Assembly: GCA_031362565.1 (NCBI GenBank)
Contig: JANLSU010000039.1
Span: 96,001-160,000, forward strand
Direction: 5' to 3'
Source: a bacterium
GTDB lineage: Bacteria; Krumholzibacteriota; Krumholzibacteriia; G020349025
DNA length: 64,000 nt
Shown piece after piece: positions 10,025 to 17,804 of the stretch. The position numbers were made by a program, and so were the translations under genes. How positions within the stretch are numbered: position 1 is the first letter of the stretch; each line of letters opens with the position of its first letter. The notes beneath the pieces were generated by a model. It had not been told where the DNA came from and did not search any database. It was given only the letters and a program-made list of their open reading frames with translations.

Positions 10025-10067
10025 GGGACCCGAAGTCCCGAACGTTCCTCCCAAGGGCGACGGCGCT

Positions 10068-10544
10068 GTGAATCCTCGTCTGCTTCTTGTCGGAGCTCTT
10101 GCAGTCGCGACCTGCGGGTTGGGCGTTCTGTTTGGACACCGCAACGCGGTCGCGTGGCAACGCGCCGGTGGACCGGCCCGCATCCCGGACGCGTGGCGCG
10201 GCGCGCCGTCCGAACCTGCCGCCTGGGTTTTCGTGCGCCCCGGGTGCCGCCATTGCGGCGATCACCTTCAAGCCCTCGAGCGCGCCGTTCAAACGCGCCC
10301 GGAATCGTTGCGCGCCGGCATTCTGGCGCGCATTCGCATCGTCGGTGCGGCCGCCGAACGGCCCGGCGGGAGCCTGGCGTTGCCTGATTCCCTGCGCCGC
10401 GTGTTCGACGTCCGGATCGCGCCGACCACGTGGTGGATCACCGGGGATGGCGTGATTCGGAGCGCGTGGCGTGGGGCCCGCGGCGCGGCGGCGTGGAACC
10501 GCGGCCTCGAATTCCTCGCCGCCCAGCCAGGGGTGACGCCATGA
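10068..10544 (+). CDS. Membrane-anchored thioredoxin-fold (CxxC) protein
   Basis: N-terminal hydrophobic anchor; WVFVRPGCRHC; putative cis-Pro loop IAPTTWWITGDG. The stop overlaps the next ATG (ATGA). Confidence 0.75.
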   Translation: MNPRLLLVGALAVATCGLGVLFGHRNAVAWQRAGGPARIPDAWRGAPSEPAAWVFVRPGCRHCGDHLQALERAVQTRPESLRAGILARIRIVGAAAERPGGSLALPDSLRRVFDVRIAPTTWWITGDGVIRSAWRGARGAAAWNRGLEFLAAQPGVTP

Positions 10545-11131
10545 CGGCGCGGCGTTGGTTGTGTGCAGCCGCATGGTGTGCGGCAACATCGGCGCGGCAC
10601 ATCGCCGCGGTACCGGCGTCACACCTGTGGGCGCTGGACTTCGGCGCGCTCCAAGATCCGCACGCTTGGGTGGCGCTCGAGAGCTGGGGACCCGATTGCG
10701 CCTGGGTCGGTGCGGCACCGGGCGATCTCCAGCATGCGGTCGACGGCTGTGGACCGGCGGCCCTGGCGCTCCTGCTGCGCACCGCGGGCCGTCCGGTGCC
10801 GCAGGACGTGCTCTGGAGTGCGTGCCGGATGCGCGGCGGCGGCACCACACTCGGATGCCTGGCACGTGCGGCGCGGACTTTCGGTCTCCCGGTTCAAGTG
10901 CGGGTCGTGGCGGATTTTACGGCGCTTGAATTGCCGGCGATCGTGCATTTGCAACGCGGCCACTTCGTGCTGCTGGAGCGCTGCAACGCGGCCGTCGCCG
11001 AGATCACGGATCCGGCCTGCGGCCGGATCCGGGTGCGAGGTGCAACCCTCCGCCGCATGGCATCCGGTGCGGTTCTCGTCCGCGATGCCGCGACGCGTGG
11101 CGCGCCCCACTCCGCTGGAGGCCGGTCATGA
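10541..11131 (+). CDS. Stand-alone C39-family cysteine peptidase
   Basis: Q-x5-C (QHAVDGCGPAALA), GTTLGCL, LPAIVHL, GHFVLL and ITDPACG give the oxyanion Gln and a full Cys-His-Asp set. No ABC domains are fused. Confidence 0.88.
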   Translation: MTARRWLCAAAWCAATSARHIAAVPASHLWALDFGALQDPHAWVALESWGPDCAWVGAAPGDLQHAVDGCGPAALALLLRTAGRPVPQDVLWSACRMRGGGTTLGCLARAARTFGLPVQVRVVADFTALELPAIVHLQRGHFVLLERCNAAVAEITDPACGRIRVRGATLRRMASGAVLVRDAATRGAPHSAGGRS

Positions 11132-11808
11132 GGCGCGGATGGCACGAACTCCTGCTCTGCACGCGAACAGTCGTCGCACCGGGTGAGATGTGGTCGGCAG
11201 TCGCCGTCGCGCCACGCACGACACTCGCGATCGCCTGCGTCGGCGGCCTCGAAGCACTGAATCTGGTGCTGCAGTCATGCGTTCTGTGGCCGGCATTCGC
11301 CGGCGACCCGTTGGTCTTCGATGCGCCGGGTGGAGCGCCCGCCGCGTTGCGGGCCTTCTGCGTCGCACGAGGTGCGGCGATCGCGCTGGCACCCGCGGCC
11401 GTCGCGGTGCGTGCGACGGCACTCGGGGTCCTGCTGTACGGCGCTTGTGGCCGGGGCGCGCGGCTGCCGCGGGTCGGCGTGCTCGTGGCTCTCGCCGCGT
11501 ACGCCGAGATCATCCCGTGGATCGAGAGTGCGGCCCTGACGATCGCGATCGCGATCGCCGCTCCACAGGACCTCGATGCGCTGCGCACCGTGCAGTTGCA
11601 CGCCGGCCTCGACCTCGTGTGGCCCTCAGCGTCCGCCGGGTGGGCACCATGGCTTGTTGCCGTGAATGCGTTCACCGCCTGGTGGGCGCTCGTCGTGGCT
11701 TGCGGGCTGGTGCGGATTGCCGGCTTATCGCGCCCGCGGGGCCTTGGCGTTGGACTCGTACTGGCAGCATCGCGCGTTGTGATCGACGTCGCGTCGACGC
11801 GATTTTGA
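11128..11808 (+). CDS. Yip1-family membrane protein
   Basis: VVAPGEMWSAV start pattern, about 5 hydrophobic segments, and a typical C-terminal NAFTAWWALVVACGL. ATGA-coupled to the C39 gene. Confidence 0.7.
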   Translation: MRRGWHELLLCTRTVVAPGEMWSAVAVAPRTTLAIACVGGLEALNLVLQSCVLWPAFAGDPLVFDAPGGAPAALRAFCVARGAAIALAPAAVAVRATALGVLLYGACGRGARLPRVGVLVALAAYAEIIPWIESAALTIAIAIAAPQDLDALRTVQLHAGLDLVWPSASAGWAPWLVAVNAFTAWWALVVACGLVRIAGLSRPRGLGVGLVLAASRVVIDVASTRF

Positions 11809-11872
11809 GGCGCTGAATCGCCGTCGACCGAAGGAGCGAACCCCGATTGACTTCCCGAGAATTGGATCCGTC

Positions 11873-12211
11873 ATGTTTCGACACATCTGGAACGCCGGAC
11901 GCGTTTTGGCAGGCGCGGCCGCGGTGATCGTACTCTTCGTGCTGCCGGATTCACCGGCATTCACGCCAACGGCTGGCGCCGGCGTCGCCGTTTCGGTTCG
12001 AACCCCAGCGCCGGGCGACTCCAGTGTTTTGGACCCGGTGGCGTTGGCGAGCGACGCGTCCGGTGGGTGGAAGTTCCCATTGGGGCTAAGAGCCTGCGCA
12101 CTCTCGGTCGGAACCGCAATCGCGGGCCTGGCGTTCGTGCCGGTCGCGCCGCTCGGCGCGTTGAATGCATTCACGGCCGGCTTTCTGTCGATGTTGTACA
12201 CGTGTTCATGA
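11873..12211 (+). CDS. Putative bacteriocin/RiPP-like precursor A (signal peptide + GG leader + 47-aa two-Cys core)
   Basis: Hydrophobic N-terminus; VLDPVALASDASGG followed by WKFPLGLRACALSVGTAIAGLAFVPVAPLGALNAFTAGFLSMLYTCS. The RBS is weak. Confidence 0.65.
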   Translation: MFRHIWNAGRVLAGAAAVIVLFVLPDSPAFTPTAGAGVAVSVRTPAPGDSSVLDPVALASDASGGWKFPLGLRACALSVGTAIAGLAFVPVAPLGALNAFTAGFLSMLYTCS

Positions 12212-12250
12212 GCTCATTCCCCCGGCACTCTCCTGAAGGATCTTTGAATC

Positions 12251-12628
12251 ATGTGGAGCAAACAGATGTTCATCGCCGCCGCTCTCGTTGCGGCAACGAT
12301 CGCGCCGGCCGCACCGGCGCCGGCGGCGCAGCGCACGGCACCGGTTGCACCGGTGTTCGACGTGAGTTTCTCGACTTCGGTGGCGGCCGCACGGGCTTGT
12401 GACGTGGCGGACGCGTGGTCCCCGTTGGTGCAAACGGATGCCAACGCGGCCCGCGGCGCCGGGTTTCTCACGTGGTGGCGCGGCCACGGCAAGCAGATTG
12501 CCGAGGCCGTCGGATGCGCCGTCGACGGCGCCGCCATCGGCCGCATGCTGGCGATCGGCATGGCCGCCGCCGGCGGTCCTTGGGCGGCAGCCGGTTTGGC
12601 CGCTGCAGCGCTCGCGTGTCTCGGGTGA
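12251..12628 (+). CDS. Putative bacteriocin/RiPP-like precursor B (signal peptide + GA leader + 55-aa two-Cys core)
   Basis: AAGGA RBS; Sec-like signal; PLVQTDANAARGA followed by GFLTWWRGHGKQIAEAVGCAVDGAAIGRMLAIGMAAAGGPWAAAGLAAAALACLG. Confidence 0.7.
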   Translation: MWSKQMFIAAALVAATIAPAAPAPAAQRTAPVAPVFDVSFSTSVAAARACDVADAWSPLVQTDANAARGAGFLTWWRGHGKQIAEAVGCAVDGAAIGRMLAIGMAAAGGPWAAAGLAAAALACLG

Positions 12629-12638
12629 TGGTTGAGAG

Positions 12639-12678
12639 GGACGGAGCGCGCGGAGCAAAGCCGGCGCTCCGTCCGTTT
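12639..12678. terminator. Hairpin between convergent genes, probable terminator
   Basis: 11-bp perfect stem GGACGGAGCGC/GCGCTCCGTCC followed by GTTT. Confidence 0.55.
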
Positions 12679-12977
12679 CATGGCGCTTCGGACGGCTTTT
12701 CGCGCGGCTGGGTATCTTGGATGTGCGGCGCCGGCGCGGGTGCGGCGGGCGGTGCAGCCGCCGCAGCTTGAGCCGCCGCCGGCTTCGGGGGGTCGTCGTC
12801 GTGCAGCCCAACGATTTTGTCCGCGTCCAACTCGTCGCGTAGTTCGCGCGATGCCTGGCGGAAGCGCTTGATCGTCCGCCCCAAGGACTCACCCACCTCG
12901 GGCAAGCGTTTCGGCCCTAGGAGCAAGAGCGCCAGGACCAGAATGATGAGCAGTTCGGAACTGCCGATGTTTCCCAT
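12678..12977 (-). CDS. tatA: Twin-arginine translocase TatA/TatB-family subunit
   Basis: MGNIGSSELLIILVLALLLLGPKRLPEVGESLGRTIKRFR. Confidence 0.9.
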   Translation of the reverse strand: MGNIGSSELLIILVLALLLLGPKRLPEVGESLGRTIKRFRQASRELRDELDADKIVGLHDDDPPKPAAAQAAAAAPPAAPAPAPHIQDTQPREKPSEAP

Positions 12978-13057
12978 ATTTCACTCCGTCTCGGGCGAAC
13001 CATCGCCCCAACCGGGCACGCGAACTTCACGGCGCATCACGACAATTCAAGGCTCAC

Positions 13058-13513
13058 TCAGTGCTCCTGGGCCGCGCCACCGAAGTCGCGGCCGAGAACG
13101 ACCGTCACATCGACCAGCAGCGACGCATCGCGCTGTTCGAGGACCTGGCCGTGTCCCAACGTTGCGGCGACTTGCTGCGCGACTCCGATCCGGCCACGGC
13201 GCACGAGGACCAGTGTTTCCCGATAGGTCTGAGCGTCTGCATTCCCGACCGTTACCACGTCCAACCCACGCGCCCGCAGCAGGTCGGCAGCACGTCCGGC
13301 GAGTTCCGGAATCCCACTCCCGTTCATGACCTGCACCTGCGGAGCGCGCGCCGATGCGCCGGTCATCTTGTGCGTCGCACGCAGCGCCAGCGACGCAGTC
13401 GCGGCTACCAGGCCCCCGAGCAAGATCCAAGTCGCCGGCGTCAGACGCTGGGACCAGTGTGTTGCAGCGCGCCGCCGCCGCCGCACCGGCCGCCGCACCG
13501 GCCGCGGGCTCAT
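13058..13513 (-). CDS. LytR C-terminal domain protein
   Basis: N-terminal TM segment; VQVMNGSGIPELA, VGNAD and C-terminal DVTVVLGRDF. Confidence 0.85.
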   Translation of the reverse strand: MSPRPVRRPVRRRRRAATHWSQRLTPATWILLGGLVAATASLALRATHKMTGASARAPQVQVMNGSGIPELAGRAADLLRARGLDVVTVGNADAQTYRETLVLVRRGRIGVAQQVAATLGHGQVLEQRDASLLVDVTVVLGRDFGGAAQEH

Positions 13514-14004
13514 GAACGCTCGCGCTCGAAGGCCACGCGGAGGCGTTCATAACTGCTCTCCAGGCTCTCCGGCAAAACGCGGGTGGCGCCGACGGTGGAC
13601 ATGAAGTTGGTGTCGCCGTTCCAGCGCGGCACGAAATGCACGTGCAGATGCCCGACCGCACCAGCCCCCGCCGGCCGGCCGATATTCACGCCGACGTTCA
13701 GCCCCTGCGGCTCGTACGCGGCGCGCACCGCCGCTTCACAGTGGCGCATCGCCGGGGCGAGTTCCGCCGCTTCCTCGGCGCGCAAGTTCACGAATCCTTC
13801 CTCATGCCGCACGAGCGCCAGCATCAAATGCCCGTTGCTGTACGGGTAGGCGTTGAGAATCGCATACCAGTGGTTCCAACGCCACACGATGCCGTGCCGC
13901 CGGTCGTCACCCGCGGCCGGAAACTCGCACAAGAAACAGCCGCTCGGCGCGCCGGCCGCGCCCTCGACGTAGGCGCGACGCCAAGGCGCCCACAGTCTAT
14001 GCAT
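13510..14004 (-). CDS. HIT-family hydrolase (Ap4A phosphorylase-like)
   Basis: MHRLWAPWR, CFLC, LNAYPYSNGHLM and HLHVHFVPRW. Confidence 0.9.
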   Translation of the reverse strand: MHRLWAPWRRAYVEGAAGAPSGCFLCEFPAAGDDRRHGIVWRWNHWYAILNAYPYSNGHLMLALVRHEEGFVNLRAEEAAELAPAMRHCEAAVRAAYEPQGLNVGVNIGRPAGAGAVGHLHVHFVPRWNGDTNFMSTVGATRVLPESLESSYERLRVAFERERS

Positions 14005-14746
14005 GCCGGACGCGCTCCCGCAGGATCGATTCGACTTCGCGCAACTGTTCCGGCGTGTTGACGCCCAAAACCTCACGCGGATCGCGGCACACCTGCGCTG
14101 CCACCCGCCGCCCGAGACCCAGGAGAATCTCGAGCGTATCGGTCAGATAGTACTCGCCTTGCGCGTTGTCGGCGCGCACTTGTCCGAGCGCCAAGAAAAG
14201 ATCGCTGATCGAAAAGGCGAACAAGCCGGAATTGATTTCGCGCCCCGCCCGCTCCTCTTCGGTTGCATCCTTGTGCTCGACGATGCGCCTGACGGAGCCG
14301 TCCGGGCCGCGCACGATGCGACCGTACCCGGTCGGGTCATCGACTTTGGCGCTCAAGACCGTCGCCGCCGCGCCTGCCGCATGGTGCGTCGCGAGCAAGT
14401 CGCGGAGCGTCTCGGCAGTCAAAAGCGGCGTATCGCCGCACAGCACGAGTACTGTTCCCTCGACGCCGGCGAGCAGCGGTTGTGCTTGCAGCACCGCGTG
14501 GCCCGTACCGAGCTGCTTTTCTTGCCGGGCGAAGGCGACACCGCGCGGCGACACGGCGCGCTGCACCGCATCGGCCTGGTGCCCCACGACCACGACACTC
14601 CGGCGCACCCCGGCGCCTTCGACGGCATCCAGCACGTGGTCGAGCATCGACCGGCCCAGCACCGGATGCAACACCTTCGCGAGGTCCGAATTCATCCGCT
14701 TGCCGACACCTGCGGCAAGAACAATCGCGGCCGTCTCGTGCTTCAT
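13997..14746 (-). CDS. Sugar-phosphate nucleotidyltransferase (GlmU N-terminal domain only)
   Basis: LAAGVGKRM, QLGTGHAV, GDTPL, PTGYGRIVR, EINSG and EYYLTD. The gene ends without the hexapeptide acetyltransferase domain. Confidence 0.88.
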   Translation of the reverse strand: MKHETAAIVLAAGVGKRMNSDLAKVLHPVLGRSMLDHVLDAVEGAGVRRSVVVVGHQADAVQRAVSPRGVAFARQEKQLGTGHAVLQAQPLLAGVEGTVLVLCGDTPLLTAETLRDLLATHHAAGAAATVLSAKVDDPTGYGRIVRGPDGSVRRIVEHKDATEEERAGREINSGLFAFSISDLFLALGQVRADNAQGEYYLTDTLEILLGLGRRVAAQVCRDPREVLGVNTPEQLREVESILRERVRHA

Positions 14747-15657
14747 CGTGTCCCTCCGGCATGCGGCCCATCCGACCAACCGAGGAGTGGCGCGTCACGC
14801 ACCCCATCACCCTGCACTTCGAGGACGAAATTGTCGATCAAACGCGTGCGGCCCACGAATGCCGCCACGGCGAGTAACACGCGCCCGGCCACCGCCTCGA
14901 GCGGCGCGAGCGTCCCGGGATCCACCACCGCAGCATAGTCGATTATCAGCTGTGAGCCCCGGTCCAAGACGCCGCGCATGCGCGCCGCAATCGCCGGGCC
15001 GTGGCGCTCACCTTGCTGCAGCGCGTCGCGGCCGGCGCCCAAGGCTTCGTGCAAGAGAAGGGCCTCGCGGCGTTCCTCGGGTCCGAGGTAAGCATTGCGC
15101 GACGACATCGCCAGCCCGTCTGGATCGCGCACCGTGGGAACGACCCGCAGTTCCACCGGCCAGTCGAGATCGCGCACCATGCGCCCAAGAATCACCGCTT
15201 GTTGGGCATCCTTCCGTCCAAACACGGCGACCTGCGGCTGTACGAGATGGAACAACTTGGCAACGACGGTCGTGACGCCACGGAAGTGCCCGGGGCGGCT
15301 GCGGCCGCACAGCACATCCCCCATCGAACCCACTTCCACGACCGTGCGCGCGTCGCTCGCATACATGTCGGAGGCGGCTGGTGCGAACAGCAAATCGCAA
15401 CCCGCCCCGGCGAGCATCCGGGCGTCGGCTTCGAGATCGCGCGGGTAGCGCTCGAAGTCCTCACCTGGGCCGAATTGAGTTGGATTCACGAACACCGAAG
15501 CAACGACGAAATCGATTCCGGCGCGCGCGGTGTCGAGGAGCGCCAGGTGTCCGGCATGCAGCGCGCCCATCGTCGGCACAAGCCCGAGCCGCGCCCCTTT
15601 GTCGCGCAGCGTGGCCACCCGCGCCTGCATCGCGGCCCGAGTGCGCACGGTTTCCAC
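14743..15657 (-). CDS. panC: Pantoate-beta-alanine ligase
   Basis: VPTMGALHAGH, FVNPTQF, RPGHFRGV, GLAMSSRN and TRLIDN. Confidence 0.97.
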   Translation of the reverse strand: METVRTRAAMQARVATLRDKGARLGLVPTMGALHAGHLALLDTARAGIDFVVASVFVNPTQFGPGEDFERYPRDLEADARMLAGAGCDLLFAPAASDMYASDARTVVEVGSMGDVLCGRSRPGHFRGVTTVVAKLFHLVQPQVAVFGRKDAQQAVILGRMVRDLDWPVELRVVPTVRDPDGLAMSSRNAYLGPEERREALLLHEALGAGRDALQQGERHGPAIAARMRGVLDRGSQLIIDYAAVVDPGTLAPLEAVAGRVLLAVAAFVGRTRLIDNFVLEVQGDGVRDAPLLGWSDGPHAGGTR

Positions 15658-15658
15658 G

Positions 15659-16537
15659 TCAGCTCCCGTATTCGTGCTCGGGACGTGGATAACGCCCGGC
15701 GCGTACCGCCGCGGCGAACGCCGCTACCCCGGTACGCGCGGCGTCACCGAGCATTGCGAAGCGCTCGACAAAGCGCGGCATGGCGCCTTCGGTCAGCCCC
15801 AACAGATCGTGCAACACCAGGACCTGTCCATCACACGCCGCGCCGGCGCCGATGCCGATCGTCGGGATGCGCACCGCCGTACGGATTTCGGCCGCAAGTG
15901 CCGCCGGAATTGCTTCGAGCACCAGGCCGAAGCATCCGGCGTCCTGCAACTGACGCGCTTCCCGCCGCAATCGCCGCCGCGCTTCCGCCGAGCGGCCTTG
16001 AACTCGGTACCCACTCATGCGGTGCACCGACTGGGGCGTCAGACCCAAGTGCCCGAGCACCGGGATATCGGCGCGCACGATGGCTTCCACCATCGGCAGC
16101 ATGCGTTCGCCGCCCTCGAGCTTGACGGCTTCGGCACCACCGTGTTGCACGAGCCGGCCGGCGCTCCGCACCGCCTGTTGCGGCGACACCTGGTACGACA
16201 TGAAAGGCAAGTCCGCGACCAAGAGCGCCCGCGGCCGCGCCCGTGCCACCGCTTGCACATGGTGCAGCATGTGTTCGAGGGTGACTGGCAGAGTGCTTTC
16301 GAATCCGAGCACCACCATGCCGAGGGAGTCTCCCACCAGAATGACGTCGGCGCCGGCGGCATCCACCAAGCGCGCGAACGGGAAGTCATAGGCGGTCACC
16401 ATGACGATGGGCTGCCCGGCGCGCTTGAGATCCTGCAGCGAGGCGACCGTCACTTTGGGGCGTGCCGCCACCGCCGCTGCCGCGGTGCGGGCGGCCGGCG
16501 CCTGGCGCCGCGCCGCGGTCTTGCGTCGAGCACTCAT
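15659..16537 (-). CDS. panB: 3-methyl-2-oxobutanoate hydroxymethyltransferase
   Basis: TAYD, ILVGDSLG, VKLEGG, GHLGLTPQ and DGQVLV; ATG at 16537 after GAGGTG. Confidence 0.97.
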   Translation of the reverse strand: MSARRKTAARRQAPAARTAAAAVAARPKVTVASLQDLKRAGQPIVMVTAYDFPFARLVDAAGADVILVGDSLGMVVLGFESTLPVTLEHMLHHVQAVARARPRALLVADLPFMSYQVSPQQAVRSAGRLVQHGGAEAVKLEGGERMLPMVEAIVRADIPVLGHLGLTPQSVHRMSGYRVQGRSAEARRRLRREARQLQDAGCFGLVLEAIPAALAAEIRTAVRIPTIGIGAGAACDGQVLVLHDLLGLTEGAMPRFVERFAMLGDAARTGVAAFAAAVRAGRYPRPEHEYGS

Positions 16538-16542
16538 GGCGG

Positions 16543-17196
16543 TCACCTCTCGCGCTGTGGCGTGTAGTACTGAACGCCTTGGAACGGCGTCTCGATGTGC
16601 CGGCGCAGGTCGTCGTAGTGTGCCCGGCTGTGCACGAAATCGATGTCGTTGGTGTTCACGACGAGGAGTGGTGAGTCCGTGTAGTGAAAGAAGAAATGAT
16701 TGTAGGCTTCCGCCAGGGAATCGATGTAGTCGCGCGGCATGTCGCGTTCGTATTCGCGGCCGCGCCGCACGATGCGCGCCATCAGCACGTCGACCGACGC
16801 TTGCAGAAAAACCACCAGATCCGGCGCCGGGACGCGGCCGTGCAGTTCGTCCGCGACGCGCTCGTACAGGTGCAGTTCGGCGTCGCTCAAGTTGAGGTTC
16901 GCGAAAATGCGGTCCTTGGCGAACACATAGTCGCTGACGACTCGGTGCTGGAAAAGATCCTGCTGAAAGAACTCCTGCTGCTGGCGATATCGCGACAGAA
17001 GAAAAAAGATCTGGGTCGCGAAGGCGTGCCGCCGCGGGTCCTCGTAAAAGCGGGTCAGAAACGGATTTTCCTCGACGACTTCCAGATTGAGCCGGGCGTC
17101 GAGATCGCGGGCCAAAAGGCGCGAGAGGCTCGTCTTGCCCGCGCCGATCACGCCCTCGATGGCAATGTAGCGAATTTCACGCGACGGGCTCGGCAC
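16543..17196 (-). CDS. Deoxynucleoside kinase
   Basis: YIAIEGVIGAGKTSL, ENPFL and PDLVVFLQAS; GTG start after GGAGG. Confidence 0.92.
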   Translation of the reverse strand: MPSPSREIRYIAIEGVIGAGKTSLSRLLARDLDARLNLEVVEENPFLTRFYEDPRRHAFATQIFFLLSRYRQQQEFFQQDLFQHRVVSDYVFAKDRIFANLNLSDAELHLYERVADELHGRVPAPDLVVFLQASVDVLMARIVRRGREYERDMPRDYIDSLAEAYNHFFFHYTDSPLLVVNTNDIDFVHSRAHYDDLRRHIETPFQGVQYYTPQRER

Positions 17197-17698
17197 GCCA
17201 CTCCTCCGGTGTGAGATCGCCCGCCGGGTGCAGCGCCTGATGCGATTCGAGGGCGCGCAGGCAGCGCACCAGCTCGGGCCGCGCGGCCAGAACACCCAGG
17301 TCGTCCAATGGCTGCAACACGAACCGCCGCGCCGCGAGTTGCCGGTGCGGCACGGTGAGCCGGGGGTGGGTGATGGTGCAATCCCCGTACAGGAGGATGT
17401 CGAGGTCGAGCGGACGTGGCAACTGGTGCGTTCCGGGGCGGCGCCCGGCGGCCAGTTCGATCGCCTGGGTGACGTCCAAGAGCTCGAGCGGTGTGAGTCC
17501 GGTGCGAGCCTCGAGCACGCCGTTGAGATACGCCGCCTGCGGTCCTGCCGGGCCGACATAGTCGGTGTCGTACAGCCGCGACACGCGCCGCGGCTCGACG
17601 CCATGGCGCGACAGGGCGCTGACGGCCCGGCAGAGTGCCATCCGGCGGTCGCCCTGGTTGGAGCCCAGACCGATGTACACGATCACCGACGCCTGCAT
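17177..17698 (-). CDS. folK: 2-amino-4-hydroxy-6-hydroxymethyldihydropteridine diphosphokinase
   Basis: YIGLGSNQG, YLNGV, PRPLDLDILLY, LTVPH and RRFVLQPL. Confidence 0.95.
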   Translation of the reverse strand: MQASVIVYIGLGSNQGDRRMALCRAVSALSRHGVEPRRVSRLYDTDYVGPAGPQAAYLNGVLEARTGLTPLELLDVTQAIELAAGRRPGTHQLPRPLDLDILLYGDCTITHPRLTVPHRQLAARRFVLQPLDDLGVLAARPELVRCLRALESHQALHPAGDLTPEEWRAEPVA

Positions 17699-17804
17699 GC
17701 GCCCGAACACCCCGCGTGGAAGTGGAGCACGCAACGACGATTCCGCCGCGCTTCCGGGTGGCAGCTTGCGGCGGGGACTCGAACGATGTCAAGGGTGCGC
17801 GAAG

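Noticed and set aside
11128..12628. Head-to-tail circular bacteriocin interpretation (Yip1 present)
   Set aside because: No SpoIIM/DUF95 protein or ABC ATPase is present. GG/GA leaders, paired Cys and a CxxC protein fit disulfide closure better. Not fully excluded.
10541..12977. Tat export of the peptide system because tatA is adjacent and C39 starts with TARRWL
   Set aside because: Poor match to S/T-R-R-x-F-L-K, and tatA ends a convergent housekeeping operon.
17740..17800. GTTCGAGTCCCC on the minus strand resembling a tRNA T-loop
   Set aside because: No T-stem, acceptor stem or cloverleaf can be formed.
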